Shown here piece after piece: positions 9,206-18,686 of a stretch of DNA of 64,000 bases (the first letter of the stretch is position 1; every line of letters starts with the position of its first letter). The notes under the pieces are model-generated. The model did no database searches. It worked only from the letters and a program-made list of their open reading frames with translations, and was not told the origin of the DNA. The stretch is from Spirochaetia bacterium (GTDB taxonomy: Bacteria; Spirochaetota; Spirochaetia; UBA9216): the NCBI GenBank assembly GCA_965140585.1, contig OZ223272.1, positions 274,775-338,774 on the forward strand. The letters are read 5' to 3'. A program made the translations under genes and the position numbers.

Positions 9206-10513
9206 CTACCAGTCTGCAAGAACTTCTTTTACTGCTTCTTCAAAAGCATTAAGTGAGAATTCTGCATCCTCATCAGTATGGCAGGAAGAAATGAACCAGG
9301 GTTCTCTTGAATCATGGTCGGGCATAAGTCCCTTTTCCATACATTTATCGATTATAGCACTGTAAAGTTCATGATCTCCGTCTGCCCAGTCCTGGTACTC
9401 AATACATTCATCCTTATCGGTGAAAATAATACCCGGCATTGCATCAGGGCCCTGGACTACATAGTTAACACCTGCTTTATCAAGTATCTTCTTGAAGCCT
9501 TCCTTTAGGAGTTTTCCATGATGGTTCACTTTATCAAGCTCTCCGGCAGCCATAAGATCAAGAACCTTATCTGCAGCAGCCATTGAAACAACGTTTGAAC
9601 CGTAGGTTCCGCCGTGAGGAATCTTTCCGGGCCCTACTTCACCCATGATCTCTTCTTTACCGGCGATTGCTGCAACAGGAAAACCGTTACCAAGACACTT
9701 TGCATAAGTTACAAGGTCGGCTTTAACATTGAAGTATTCCTGTGCCCCGCCCGGAGCTATACGGAATCCGGTTTTAACCTCGTCCATGATCATTACGATA
9801 CCGTATTCGTCACATTTCTTTCTGATAAAATCAAGGAAGCCCGGCTGCGGCATAATTGAAGCCTGGTTACCGAGAAGCGGTTCTACAATAATACACGCTA
9901 TATCATGCCATTTTTCATGAAGCTTTCTTTCGAGAAGCTCAAAATCGTTAAAAGGCAGTGACCACACAAGGTCGCTAATAAGTGCAGGAATACCGGAGCC
10001 CTGTGGTACAAGAAACGGAGAGTTTCTGTAACCTACTCCTGATACAGGCGGATAAGTATTCCAAAGTGTATAATCATGGAAGCCGTGGTAGGCTCCGTCA
10101 AATTTCAGAACATCATTTCTGTCGGTAAATGCCCTTGCAATTCTGATTGCACCCATAGTTGCTTCTGTACCGGTATTTGTAAATCTAACAAGATCAACAC
10201 CAGTCATAGCTCTAATCTTCTCAGCAACACTGATTTCATAGGGGTTGGTCATTGCAAAGCAGTTACCCATACTCATAGCTTCCGTTACGTATTCAGTGAT
10301 TTCTTCTCTAGCATGTCCGAGAATAACAGGACCGAAGCCCAGCCTGTAATCGACATACTTGTTGTCATCCTGGTCCCAGAGATAGGCGCCTTTCGCATTC
10401 TTTACGACGAGTGTTTTGTCATCACCCCAGTACCTGAAGTTCGATGATACACCGCCAGGAATTGATTTTTTTGCCCGTTCAAACATTGCTCTGCTTTTAG
10501 GACCGCTATTCAT
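9206..10513 (-). CDS. Class-III aminotransferase, HemL (glutamate-1-semialdehyde aminomutase)-like paralog
   Basis: 'FERAKKSIPGGVSSNFRYW...GAYLWDQDDNKYVDYRLGFGPVILGHA' closely follows the HemL N-terminal signature. Confidence 0.75.
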   Translation of the reverse strand: MNSGPKSRAMFERAKKSIPGGVSSNFRYWGDDKTLVVKNAKGAYLWDQDDNKYVDYRLGFGPVILGHAREEITEYVTEAMSMGNCFAMTNPYEISVAEKIRAMTGVDLVRFTNTGTEATMGAIRIARAFTDRNDVLKFDGAYHGFHDYTLWNTYPPVSGVGYRNSPFLVPQGSGIPALISDLVWSLPFNDFELLERKLHEKWHDIACIIVEPLLGNQASIMPQPGFLDFIRKKCDEYGIVMIMDEVKTGFRIAPGGAQEYFNVKADLVTYAKCLGNGFPVAAIAGKEEIMGEVGPGKIPHGGTYGSNVVSMAAADKVLDLMAAGELDKVNHHGKLLKEGFKKILDKAGVNYVVQGPDAMPGIIFTDKDECIEYQDWADGDHELYSAIIDKCMEKGLMPDHDSREPWFISSCHTDEDAEFSLNAFEEAVKEVLADW

Positions 10514-10642
10514 TTATTCGTACCTCATTATAAAAAGATTGTCATTTGTTTAATTTTATACAATAATATCCTATCACAGCTCTGAACAGATTATGACACA
10601 GCCCTGTCATTTACGGAATTTGCTGTAAAATGAGGTGAAATT

Positions 10643-13600
10643 ATGCCGGGATCAAGGGAATACCTACCACCGGAAATCAAGAAAGTGCACTCACGCACTA
10701 GACTTTTTAGGTTTTTCGAAGAAAAACGAGTTATTTTTATCGAAGGCGCACCTGGTCAGGGAAAGACCACTGCCGCTATCGACTACATCAATTCCGAAGA
10801 TAAAGAATGTATATGGAATACTCTCGATGACTGGGACCTTGACTACAAGGTTTTCCTCGATTATCTGGAAAGCTATATCAGAGCGTTTACCGGCAATCCG
10901 GCGGATGACAAAGCGCCCTATCTGGTAAAAGAAGAGCGTGACATTCTTGAAGACGTAGAGGATTTCTGCGAGAGGGTCATAGATCTGATACCGGATGATC
11001 TCTTCATTGTCTTTGATAAATACGAGGTTGTAAACAGCAATCAGGAAGTATCGACCGCTTTTGAGCACCTGCTTGATATGCTGATAGAGAAAGCCAGAAT
11101 AATAATACTTACCAGGGAAGCTCCCGAACTTTCTCTGGCTCACATCCGCTCACGTAAAGAACTGACCGAACTGAAAAACCGGGATCTGGCATTCAGCCGT
11201 GAAGAAATTCGCGATCTGCTGTACAGCGTTTACGACATGAGTTTTGATTCAATAGTTCTAGACCGGCTTCTTGAAGTAACCGACGGATGGATCACAGGAA
11301 TCATCTTTCTGATGGAAAAACTCTGTACCCTTAACAGAAAAGAAGGGGAAGCTCTGCTTGAGAATTTCCTGCATGATAAGGGAACTCCGGAACTTGATGA
11401 CTTTTTTGAATCACAGGTTCTTGCAAGACTTGATGATGATCTTATTCCGCAGCTGTATAAGCTCAGCTGCGTTCATGAGTTTACGCCTGAACTGGTTGAA
11501 GCTCTTACCGGCGTCAGCGGGCTCGATTTCATAGAGATGCTGCAGAATAAAAACCTGTTCGTCTGGAGTGATGAACCCATAAAATACATGTATGGATTCA
11601 ATCCGCTGTTTCAAACCTATCTGAAATATGAATTCGATGAAATGCCTGAGGATGACAGACGGCAGACGCTTATCGATGCCGCGGCTTACTATAAAGAAGA
11701 GGAAGACGATCCTTATACACCGATTATGTATCTGGCGGAAGCAGGCGAACTTGAACGCGCAAAAACCGAACTTATTGAACTGTCCGAAGAACTTATAAAA
11801 AACAACGAGCATGAAGCCATACACGAGGTACTTAATTACTTTCCCGAAGAAATGAGAGAGGAAGACCCCTATCTGGCCTATTATGAAGCAGTTGTTAAAA
11901 ACCTGATGCAGCCGGAAACCTCAAGAAAAAAACTGCTGAAGCTGCTATACGTATTCAGAAGCATGGGCGAGCACAACAAGGAAGCGTCCATATACGCAGT
12001 ACTTCTGACCAACTATTTCTTCTTCCAGACAAACGCCGAGACAGTCGGGAATATAATCAATATGGCGGAAGACTTCCTTATAACCAGCGGAAGTCAGATA
12101 AACCAGGACCAGAAGGAACTGCTTGAAGCTCTTATCCCTCTCGGACAATGGTGGAGTGGAGCTTCACGGGAAAAAGCATTTGAAATTGCACTCCGGGCAG
12201 AGGAAATGTCCAATAAGATCAACAATGAAGAGGCTTTTCTCTGTTCACGGCTTGTTCTGTCAAAGATATACATATCCAGAGGTGAATTTGACCAGGCCAT
12301 GGGACTGCTTGAAAACACCGAAAAGATGTTTTCAGAGGGAACACTTCACCTGTATAAATACTACAACAGCCTGCTGAGCTTTTATATGGGAGACATTTTC
12401 TTCTATAAAGGGGAAATTCCCGCAGCTATCAACAGAATACACAAAGCCATATCAAGCTCCGGCAAAGATTTTGCATTCAGGCCCTATCTGTATCTGAATC
12501 TGGTTTTCTATAATCTTTATACACATAACACCGAGAAAGCTGACAGCCATTATGCACACCTCAAAGACAGTGATACAGGTGAAAACCTTTATCTTCTCTA
12601 TAATATCAACTTCCTGTTTGAGATGCTCCTGGCCTACAGAAACAATAATGTCCACCGAACTGAATACTACTGCAACCGGCTTATGGAAAAAGAGAATGAA
12701 AAGCTTCTGAATGCAGATTTCCCATTCAGTCATATAGCCCTGGCAGAGGTGAGCATTTTCGCCGGAAACGGACAGAAAAGCAGAAAAATCCTCAGCAAAC
12801 TCCTGCAGAAAATCAACAGCAGTAATGCCCCCTATTCATTTGCAACGGCAAAAGCCCTGCTGGGTTATATCTGCAGTAAGGAAGGCGATCCTTCCGGGGC
12901 TGATGAGCATTTCAGAGAAATGGAAGATGTCATCTTAAAACGGAAATACACAAACCTTGACGTCTGCTCTCCGGAGCTGCTCAAGGAAATCTCCGAACTC
13001 AGCGGACACAGGGCCTTCGAAAATTTTCCGAGACTGAAGGATGAAAAGCAGTTTGAGGAGCTTTCAAATACCCAGTATGACCTTGAGATTGAAACGCTTG
13101 GAAGCTTCAAGGTTTTTGTTTTCGGGAAAGAAATATCGGCCGATTTGCTCGGCGGACAGAAAAGGGTAATGGATCTGCTGAAACTTCTGGTGGTTTACCG
13201 TAAAAACGGAGTTATGAAGGAACGTCTGTATGAGCTTTTCTGGCCGCGCTATTCCTATAAGAGTGCCAGAGACAACCTTAATACCATCATCTACCGCCTT
13301 CGTAAACTGCTCAACGATAAAACTGATTTCCTGTCCACCGATGTGAACTCCATTAGGTTCAAGGAAAACACTGCAATCACCGATGTTGACCGCTTCCTTG
13401 AATACATAGAGATGGGAGCAGATGCAGAAAAGAAGAACAACTTTGATCATGCCATAATAATGTACAAATCGGCCATCGAGACGTATAAGGGTGATTTTCT
13501 TGAAAGCGACCTTTACTACGACTTTATCCGTGATGAAAGGGAAAACCTTAAAAGCCGTTACCGGAACCTTCTTTTCAAGATGACAATACTTTCTATCAAC

Positions 13601-13867
13601 ACCGCCGGCTTCAGAGAGGCTCTTGAGTGGGCAAAGATTCTAATTGATGCCGATCCGCTCTGTGAACCGGCCTATCGACTGCTGATGATCGCAAGCGCTG
13701 CAGTCGGAAACAGAAGCGAAATACCCAGATTATTCGACAAACTTAATAAGAAACTACAGACCTACTACAAGGTTACAGCCGATGAAAAAACAGTGAACCT
13801 TAAAGATCGGCTTCTTTCCGGCGAAAAACCGGATGAATCAATGTGGAAGGATGAAACAATAATTTAA
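10643..13867 (+). CDS. STAND-type P-loop NTPase with TPR-like middle region and C-terminal SARP-type winged-helix DNA-binding domain plus BTAD
   Basis: Walker A is 'GAPGQGKTT' and Walker B is 'LFIVFDKYE'. A long helical TPR-like region follows. The C-terminus reads 'LGSFKVFVFGKEI...QKRVMDLLKLLVVYRKNGVMKERLYELFWP...ARDNLNTIIYRLRKLL' (OmpR/SARP trans_reg_C-like). A BTAD-like helical region comes after it. Confidence 0.7.
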   Translation: MPGSREYLPPEIKKVHSRTRLFRFFEEKRVIFIEGAPGQGKTTAAIDYINSEDKECIWNTLDDWDLDYKVFLDYLESYIRAFTGNPADDKAPYLVKEERDILEDVEDFCERVIDLIPDDLFIVFDKYEVVNSNQEVSTAFEHLLDMLIEKARIIILTREAPELSLAHIRSRKELTELKNRDLAFSREEIRDLLYSVYDMSFDSIVLDRLLEVTDGWITGIIFLMEKLCTLNRKEGEALLENFLHDKGTPELDDFFESQVLARLDDDLIPQLYKLSCVHEFTPELVEALTGVSGLDFIEMLQNKNLFVWSDEPIKYMYGFNPLFQTYLKYEFDEMPEDDRRQTLIDAAAYYKEEEDDPYTPIMYLAEAGELERAKTELIELSEELIKNNEHEAIHEVLNYFPEEMREEDPYLAYYEAVVKNLMQPETSRKKLLKLLYVFRSMGEHNKEASIYAVLLTNYFFFQTNAETVGNIINMAEDFLITSGSQINQDQKELLEALIPLGQWWSGASREKAFEIALRAEEMSNKINNEEAFLCSRLVLSKIYISRGEFDQAMGLLENTEKMFSEGTLHLYKYYNSLLSFYMGDIFFYKGEIPAAINRIHKAISSSGKDFAFRPYLYLNLVFYNLYTHNTEKADSHYAHLKDSDTGENLYLLYNINFLFEMLLAYRNNNVHRTEYYCNRLMEKENEKLLNADFPFSHIALAEVSIFAGNGQKSRKILSKLLQKINSSNAPYSFATAKALLGYICSKEGDPSGADEHFREMEDVILKRKYTNLDVCSPELLKEISELSGHRAFENFPRLKDEKQFEELSNTQYDLEIETLGSFKVFVFGKEISADLLGGQKRVMDLLKLLVVYRKNGVMKERLYELFWPRYSYKSARDNLNTIIYRLRKLLNDKTDFLSTDVNSIRFKENTAITDVDRFLEYIEMGADAEKKNNFDHAIIMYKSAIETYKGDFLESDLYYDFIRDERENLKSRYRNLLFKMTILSINTAGFREALEWAKILIDADPLCEPAYRLLMIASAAVGNRSEIPRLFDKLNKKLQTYYKVTADEKTVNLKDRLLSGEKPDESMWKDETII

Positions 13868-13887
13868 AACTGCTGTACAGGGAACAG

Positions 13888-15879
13888 TTACAGGCCGGCC
13901 AGCTTCTTCTTGAGGTCACGGACTGTTCCCTGCTTCAGAGTCAGTCGCTGCTTTAGCTCGGTTATAAATGTATTTGAATTTTCATCTCCCCGGACTTCGA
14001 TAAAATCAGCCTTCCTGACTGTAACATCACCGTCAATACCGAAACCTACCATAGCGGTACCGTTAAATTCCTTTCGGGCATCTTCACAGCGCATGTTATC
14101 CATGGTTTCAACAGCATCAAGCCAGTCATCAAGAAAAGAAGAAATATCAGAAGCAGTCAGTTCCGTATAGGGTTTACCGTAACGCTGTTCAAGCTGCTCG
14201 GTATTCCAGGCAAGCTCATATGAGGCATAATTCTCATAAATCTGCTTGAAGCCCTGCCCCACCTCGTTCAACTCTTTTAATTCACCCTTCTCAATCCTTC
14301 CATACAGCTCCTCAAGCGCAGCTTCAGGTGCAATCATTCCTGAGAGATCAAGCCACTTCGACTTACCCAGAGGATTTCCTGAGCCCAGAAGCTTTCTGAG
14401 ATCATCAATACTGCTGTATTCATTGAATCGAAGCAGGGTTACAAGCGCATTTCCAACAAACCTTGTAATACCAAGCTCGTAATAATCGATCCCCCTGGCA
14501 AGAGATGTGCGTGCAATTCTTACACCGTTATGGTAGTACTTCTGGGTTGAATGTCCCGAGCTTTCTCTGAGATTTTCCAGCAGATATTTACCGCTTATCA
14601 TCTTCTGCACCGTATAGGGTGTAAGCAGATGAAATGTAATGTTATCAAGAATATCAGTATCAATTCTCTGATCGCGTCTGGGCCACTTTTTGGAGTCGCG
14701 GATAGTTCCGACACTCTTTATATTTACCCCGGGAACAAGGACGCTTTCATCGTCATCTTCAAGAAGGTAGCTGAACGGAAAATCTGAGGTATCCGGATTT
14801 GCAGTATGTCTTCCCATTACAAGAGTAAAGGCTCCGATTCTTGCCGGGAAAAGGATATACGAATTGGATGTGGTTTTCGTCCCTCTTTCCAGAATCCCCT
14901 GATGCACAGGTCCCAGCTTGTAGAGGTGATTGCTCTGGTTTGAGGCCGAACCGGCGTTCATAAAAGAGTAAAACCCTGCAATAAGCAGTGTACTTTTGTG
15001 ATGGGTAACAGTATAGGGCCCGGCAAAAACAGAACAGGCCTCACCGTGAAAACCTCCGCAGTTTGCAAAAAATACAGAGTTCTCGGCTGAATACTGTTTT
15101 GAAAGCTCAGTAGCCTGCCCGATGAAACATTTGTCCAGAATTACACCGTCCGTCACGCTGCAGCCGGAAGCCATAATAAAATCATCAGCTATTACACCGG
15201 CGCCGACGGTTGTCGGAGCGGTTTTATTACTGTTCACCGTTCCGTTGTTAAGTCTCACTATCCCGTAAAGCTCGGCATACTCACCGACCTTGACATTACG
15301 GATATTTCCGCAGTTGGAAATCTTTGAGCCCCGGCCGATTATTCCGGTATGGGAAGTAACCTTTTTCGAATAATCATCAATGAGCGTCCGCAGCCCGTCA
15401 ATCAGTTTTATCCTGTGACGGTAGAAGGCAATTACATAGGCCTCATGAGCCGAGAGTCGGTCATATATGGGAACTTCCCTGCCGCCGGCTTCGTTTATGA
15501 CAGAAGCCCTTACCCCGTTTCCAAAGGATGAGTCTTCTGTAACTTCCAGGGTATTAACATCATCAATAATAACATCACTTTCAATTATATAGTTTGATAT
15601 ATAATTAGAGACATTGCGTATATACACATTGTCTTTGATGACACAATTATGAAGCACAGAATTATAAACCCCGCTGGTTCTGATAATTCCGCTGGTGGTC
15701 TCAAACTTCTTTTCCATCAAGCCGAGCCTGATGTCGCCGTGAAATATTGTGTGCTTGAATCTCTGCGGATCGAAGCCGTTTTCCGAAGCAAGGACTCGTT
15801 CCCACTCTTCAGAAGAGCAGCCTCGCTCCTCCATTATCCTAATTTCTTCTTTTGTCAGCTTTCGGTATGATTCAGGCAC
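13888..15879 (-). CDS. DUF4954-like protein with left-handed beta-helix (hexapeptide-repeat)-like segments
   Basis: It is 663 aa. Runs such as 'IIGRGSKISNCGNIRNVKVGEYAELYGIV' and 'VGAGVIADDFIMASGCSVTDGVILDKCFIG' look like LbH. I named the family from memory of its size and its pairing with a nucleotidyltransferase. Confidence 0.45.
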   Translation of the reverse strand: MPESYRKLTKEEIRIMEERGCSSEEWERVLASENGFDPQRFKHTIFHGDIRLGLMEKKFETTSGIIRTSGVYNSVLHNCVIKDNVYIRNVSNYISNYIIESDVIIDDVNTLEVTEDSSFGNGVRASVINEAGGREVPIYDRLSAHEAYVIAFYRHRIKLIDGLRTLIDDYSKKVTSHTGIIGRGSKISNCGNIRNVKVGEYAELYGIVRLNNGTVNSNKTAPTTVGAGVIADDFIMASGCSVTDGVILDKCFIGQATELSKQYSAENSVFFANCGGFHGEACSVFAGPYTVTHHKSTLLIAGFYSFMNAGSASNQSNHLYKLGPVHQGILERGTKTTSNSYILFPARIGAFTLVMGRHTANPDTSDFPFSYLLEDDDESVLVPGVNIKSVGTIRDSKKWPRRDQRIDTDILDNITFHLLTPYTVQKMISGKYLLENLRESSGHSTQKYYHNGVRIARTSLARGIDYYELGITRFVGNALVTLLRFNEYSSIDDLRKLLGSGNPLGKSKWLDLSGMIAPEAALEELYGRIEKGELKELNEVGQGFKQIYENYASYELAWNTEQLEQRYGKPYTELTASDISSFLDDWLDAVETMDNMRCEDARKEFNGTAMVGFGIDGDVTVRKADFIEVRGDENSNTFITELKQRLTLKQGTVRDLKKKLAGL

Positions 15880-15963
15880 AGGAAACCTCTATATTTATTT
15901 ATTCTAAGTTTAATTAATAGCATTGAAGTCAGCAGATATCAATAATTATCTGATTTAAGAGAA

Positions 15964-17064
15964 TCAGATGTATTCATCCCCGAAGCTCTTTTCAACCTCA
16001 TCATAGAGATTTTTAATATCCTGTGCCCTATCTTTGGGACATACAAGGGTAGCCTTTTTTGTCCTGATAATAATCATATCCTCAAGGCCTATCCCGGTTA
16101 TAAGATGCTCAGGATCATCGGAAACTGCAAGAACACCGCGACAGTCTGTGAAAACAGATTGCGCTGATGAGCTGCGGTTATCATCCGCATCAGCTTCACA
16201 GGTTTCTGCATAAGAGGGCCAGGAACCTATATCAAGCCAGCTTAGCGGCATGGGCACGGCAGCAATAGTCATATCAGGATCTGCTGATGCAGGTTCCATT
16301 ACAGCAAAATCCACACTTATTTTTTTCAGTTCAGGATAAATCCTGCTGATAACTGAATCAAAATCCTGTGTACCGTATGCCTCTCCGAGTTCGGTAATCC
16401 GGCTGTAAATTTCAGGTTCGTATTTTTTTACACAGTTCAGAAGAGTTGAGGCCTTCCATACAAACATTCCGCTGTTCCAGAGGTATGATTCAGGTCCGGC
16501 GGCAATGTAGGAAGCAGCAGTTTCAAGATCAGGTTTTTCCTTGAATCTTTTAAGCGTCTTTGCAGTTGAAGAGCCCTGAAGATTTTCTCCAAGTTCAAGG
16601 TATCCAAACCCGGTTGCAGGATGATCCGGAGTAATACCGAAGGTTACCAGGGTATTGTCGGAACTCTCTGCAATCCGGTAACCCTCTTCAACTATCTCAC
16701 GGAATTTATCTTCGGGCTGAATGATATGATCTGCAGTAAAAACACCTATTACCGCATCTTTATCCAGTTTATGTATGACGGCAGCACTATAGGCAAGAGC
16801 GTTCAGGGTGTCGCGTCCGACAGGCTCTCCGATAAAACGTCCGGCTCCCATCCCGGGAATCCTTGATATAATCATATCCATATGCGCGCTTCCGGCGCAG
16901 ATAAATCTGTGATTATTCTCGACAAGACCTTCAAGCCGCTCATAGGCAATCTGAAGGAGACTTTTTCCATTAACAAAGGGTATCAGCTGCTTTGGCTGTG
17001 AACCAGTACTCATAGGCCATAATCTTGTGCCCTTTCCGCCTGCTATAATTAGTGCATATCTCAT
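15964..17064 (-). CDS. Mannose-1-phosphate guanylyltransferase-like sugar-phosphate nucleotidyltransferase (no PMI domain)
   Basis: 'MRYALIIAGGKGTRLWPMSTGSQPKQLIPF' is the ManC/GMP signature. Confidence 0.8.
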   Translation of the reverse strand: MRYALIIAGGKGTRLWPMSTGSQPKQLIPFVNGKSLLQIAYERLEGLVENNHRFICAGSAHMDMIISRIPGMGAGRFIGEPVGRDTLNALAYSAAVIHKLDKDAVIGVFTADHIIQPEDKFREIVEEGYRIAESSDNTLVTFGITPDHPATGFGYLELGENLQGSSTAKTLKRFKEKPDLETAASYIAAGPESYLWNSGMFVWKASTLLNCVKKYEPEIYSRITELGEAYGTQDFDSVISRIYPELKKISVDFAVMEPASADPDMTIAAVPMPLSWLDIGSWPSYAETCEADADDNRSSSAQSVFTDCRGVLAVSDDPEHLITGIGLEDMIIIRTKKATLVCPKDRAQDIKNLYDEVEKSFGDEYI

Positions 17065-17151
17065 TGTATGATGATAAAATAATTCTAATTTGATGTCAAA
17101 CGCCGGCTGGACGCCGGTGAGGAAAGCTAAAATAATTAATAGGGGTACAAT

Positions 17152-17580
17152 ATGCTAAAAGGTATTTCACCGGTTATATCACCGGAACTTCTTAAAATTC
17201 TGCAGGAAATGGGTCACGGAGACACTATAGTGATAGGAGATGCCAACTTTCCGTCCGCATCGATGGCTCAGAGACTTGTAAGAGCTGACGGGCACAGTGT
17301 TCCTGTCCTGCTTGAAGCTATACTGCAGCTATTTCCACTGGATACCTATGCTGAATATCAGGTAGGCCTTATGGAAGTAACACCGGGAGATCCTACAGTC
17401 CCCGTAATCTGGGATGAATACAAGAAGATAATTGCAAAACATGAAAATTTTGATGTCCAGTACGAGTATATAGAACGGTTTGAGTATTACGAGAGAGCAA
17501 AACAGGCATTCGCAGTACTCGCTAGTGGAGAAACCGCACTTTATGCAAATATCATACTGAAGAAGGGTGTAATTTCTTAA
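17152..17580 (+). CDS. fucU: L-fucose mutarotase / D-ribose pyranase (RbsD/FucU family)
   Basis: 'MLKGISPVISPELLKILQEMGHGDTIVIGDANFP' matches the FucU N-terminus. Confidence 0.8.
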   Translation: MLKGISPVISPELLKILQEMGHGDTIVIGDANFPSASMAQRLVRADGHSVPVLLEAILQLFPLDTYAEYQVGLMEVTPGDPTVPVIWDEYKKIIAKHENFDVQYEYIERFEYYERAKQAFAVLASGETALYANIILKKGVIS

Positions 17581-17693
17581 AAATTATTACAAATATATTT
17601 TTATCGGTATTTGACTTTTCATATGATTTCCACTATACTCCAGTATAAATAACCAACCTTTTATATCAGGTATGGAACTCAAAGGAGATGCAC

Positions 17694-18599
17694 ATGAAGA
17701 AATTAGTATCAATCTTCATCGTTTTGGCCGTTCTGCTTACAGCTTCTGCAGTTTTTGCTGAAGGACAGCAGGAAGGCGCAGCTGCCGCTTACACAGACGG
17801 CGTATATTTTGCACAGGAAGACGCTTTTGCAGGTTCCGGCTACAAGTACTTTGTAGTTGTTACAGTAAACGGCGGAAAAATTACTGATGCATACTGGGGC
17901 GGAACAAACATTCAGCCAAACGGTGACAAGAGAAGAATGTCAGAAAACAAACAGTACGGAATGGTTAAATTCGGTAAGGCTGCTTCATACTGGTACGAAC
18001 AGGCTGAAGCTGCAGAGAAATGGCTTATTGCAAACCAGAATCCGGCAGCAATGAAATATACAGATGACCATGGACATACAGATATGCTTAAAACCGACGG
18101 CGGTGCAGGTGTTTCAATCCATGTTGTTGAATTCTTTACTCTTGTTGAAAAAGCTCTTTCCAGTACAGCTGTACCGGCAGGAAACTTCAAGGCTAAAGAT
18201 TATGTTGTAAATGTTAAACTTCCTGCTGGAAACACAGGTTGGGCAACAGCAGCAGACTTCATTGTTGCAAACGGAACTATTGTTGATGTTAACTACAACT
18301 CAGTTTACTCAAACAAGCCCGCTGCAGACGGTAAAGATGCAGCTTACTTCGGAAAAGATGCAAATGGAAAAGTTGATGCAAACGCTCCGTTATCCAAGGA
18401 CCAGATCGGCGAAGTCTACGGCATGAAGAAAGCAGGTTCACAGTTCGAGTGGAACGAGCAGGCTGCCAAGGTTGAGGATTACATCCTTAAAAACCAGGCA
18501 ATCATGGCTGTGAATGCAGACGGTAAAACTGATGCGATTGCAGGCGTAAGCGTTCATGTTAACGAATTCGTAGAGATTTTCAACAAAGCTTTTAAATAA
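17694..18599 (+). CDS. Secreted protein with two tandem FMN-binding (FMN_bind) domains
   Basis: It has a signal peptide (LLTASAVFA). 'YTDGVYFAQEDAFAGSGYKYFVVVTVNGGKITDAYW' is repeated in a second copy. The start is the second ATG, spaced from AAGGAG. Confidence 0.65.
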   Translation: MKKLVSIFIVLAVLLTASAVFAEGQQEGAAAAYTDGVYFAQEDAFAGSGYKYFVVVTVNGGKITDAYWGGTNIQPNGDKRRMSENKQYGMVKFGKAASYWYEQAEAAEKWLIANQNPAAMKYTDDHGHTDMLKTDGGAGVSIHVVEFFTLVEKALSSTAVPAGNFKAKDYVVNVKLPAGNTGWATAADFIVANGTIVDVNYNSVYSNKPAADGKDAAYFGKDANGKVDANAPLSKDQIGEVYGMKKAGSQFEWNEQAAKVEDYILKNQAIMAVNADGKTDAIAGVSVHVNEFVEIFNKAFK

Positions 18600-18622
18600 G
18601 CTGACTTTACAAGTTATTCACA

Positions 18623-18660
18623 GGGCAGATCAGCAGATAATTCTGATCTGCCCTTTTTTT
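18623..18660 (+). terminator. Rho-independent terminator (11-bp stem gggcagatcag/ctgatctgccc + T7)
   Basis: I read it directly from the sequence. Confidence 0.75.
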
Positions 18661-18686
18661 ATCCTGTCACCGCTTCCGCTTTTCAC

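Noticed and set aside
10691-13450. Several 60-150-aa ORFs inside the STAND regulator gene (for example 10691..11143(-) and 13064..13450(-))
   Set aside because: They lie antisense within a 3.2-kb ORF that has clear domain content. They are typical shadow ORFs.
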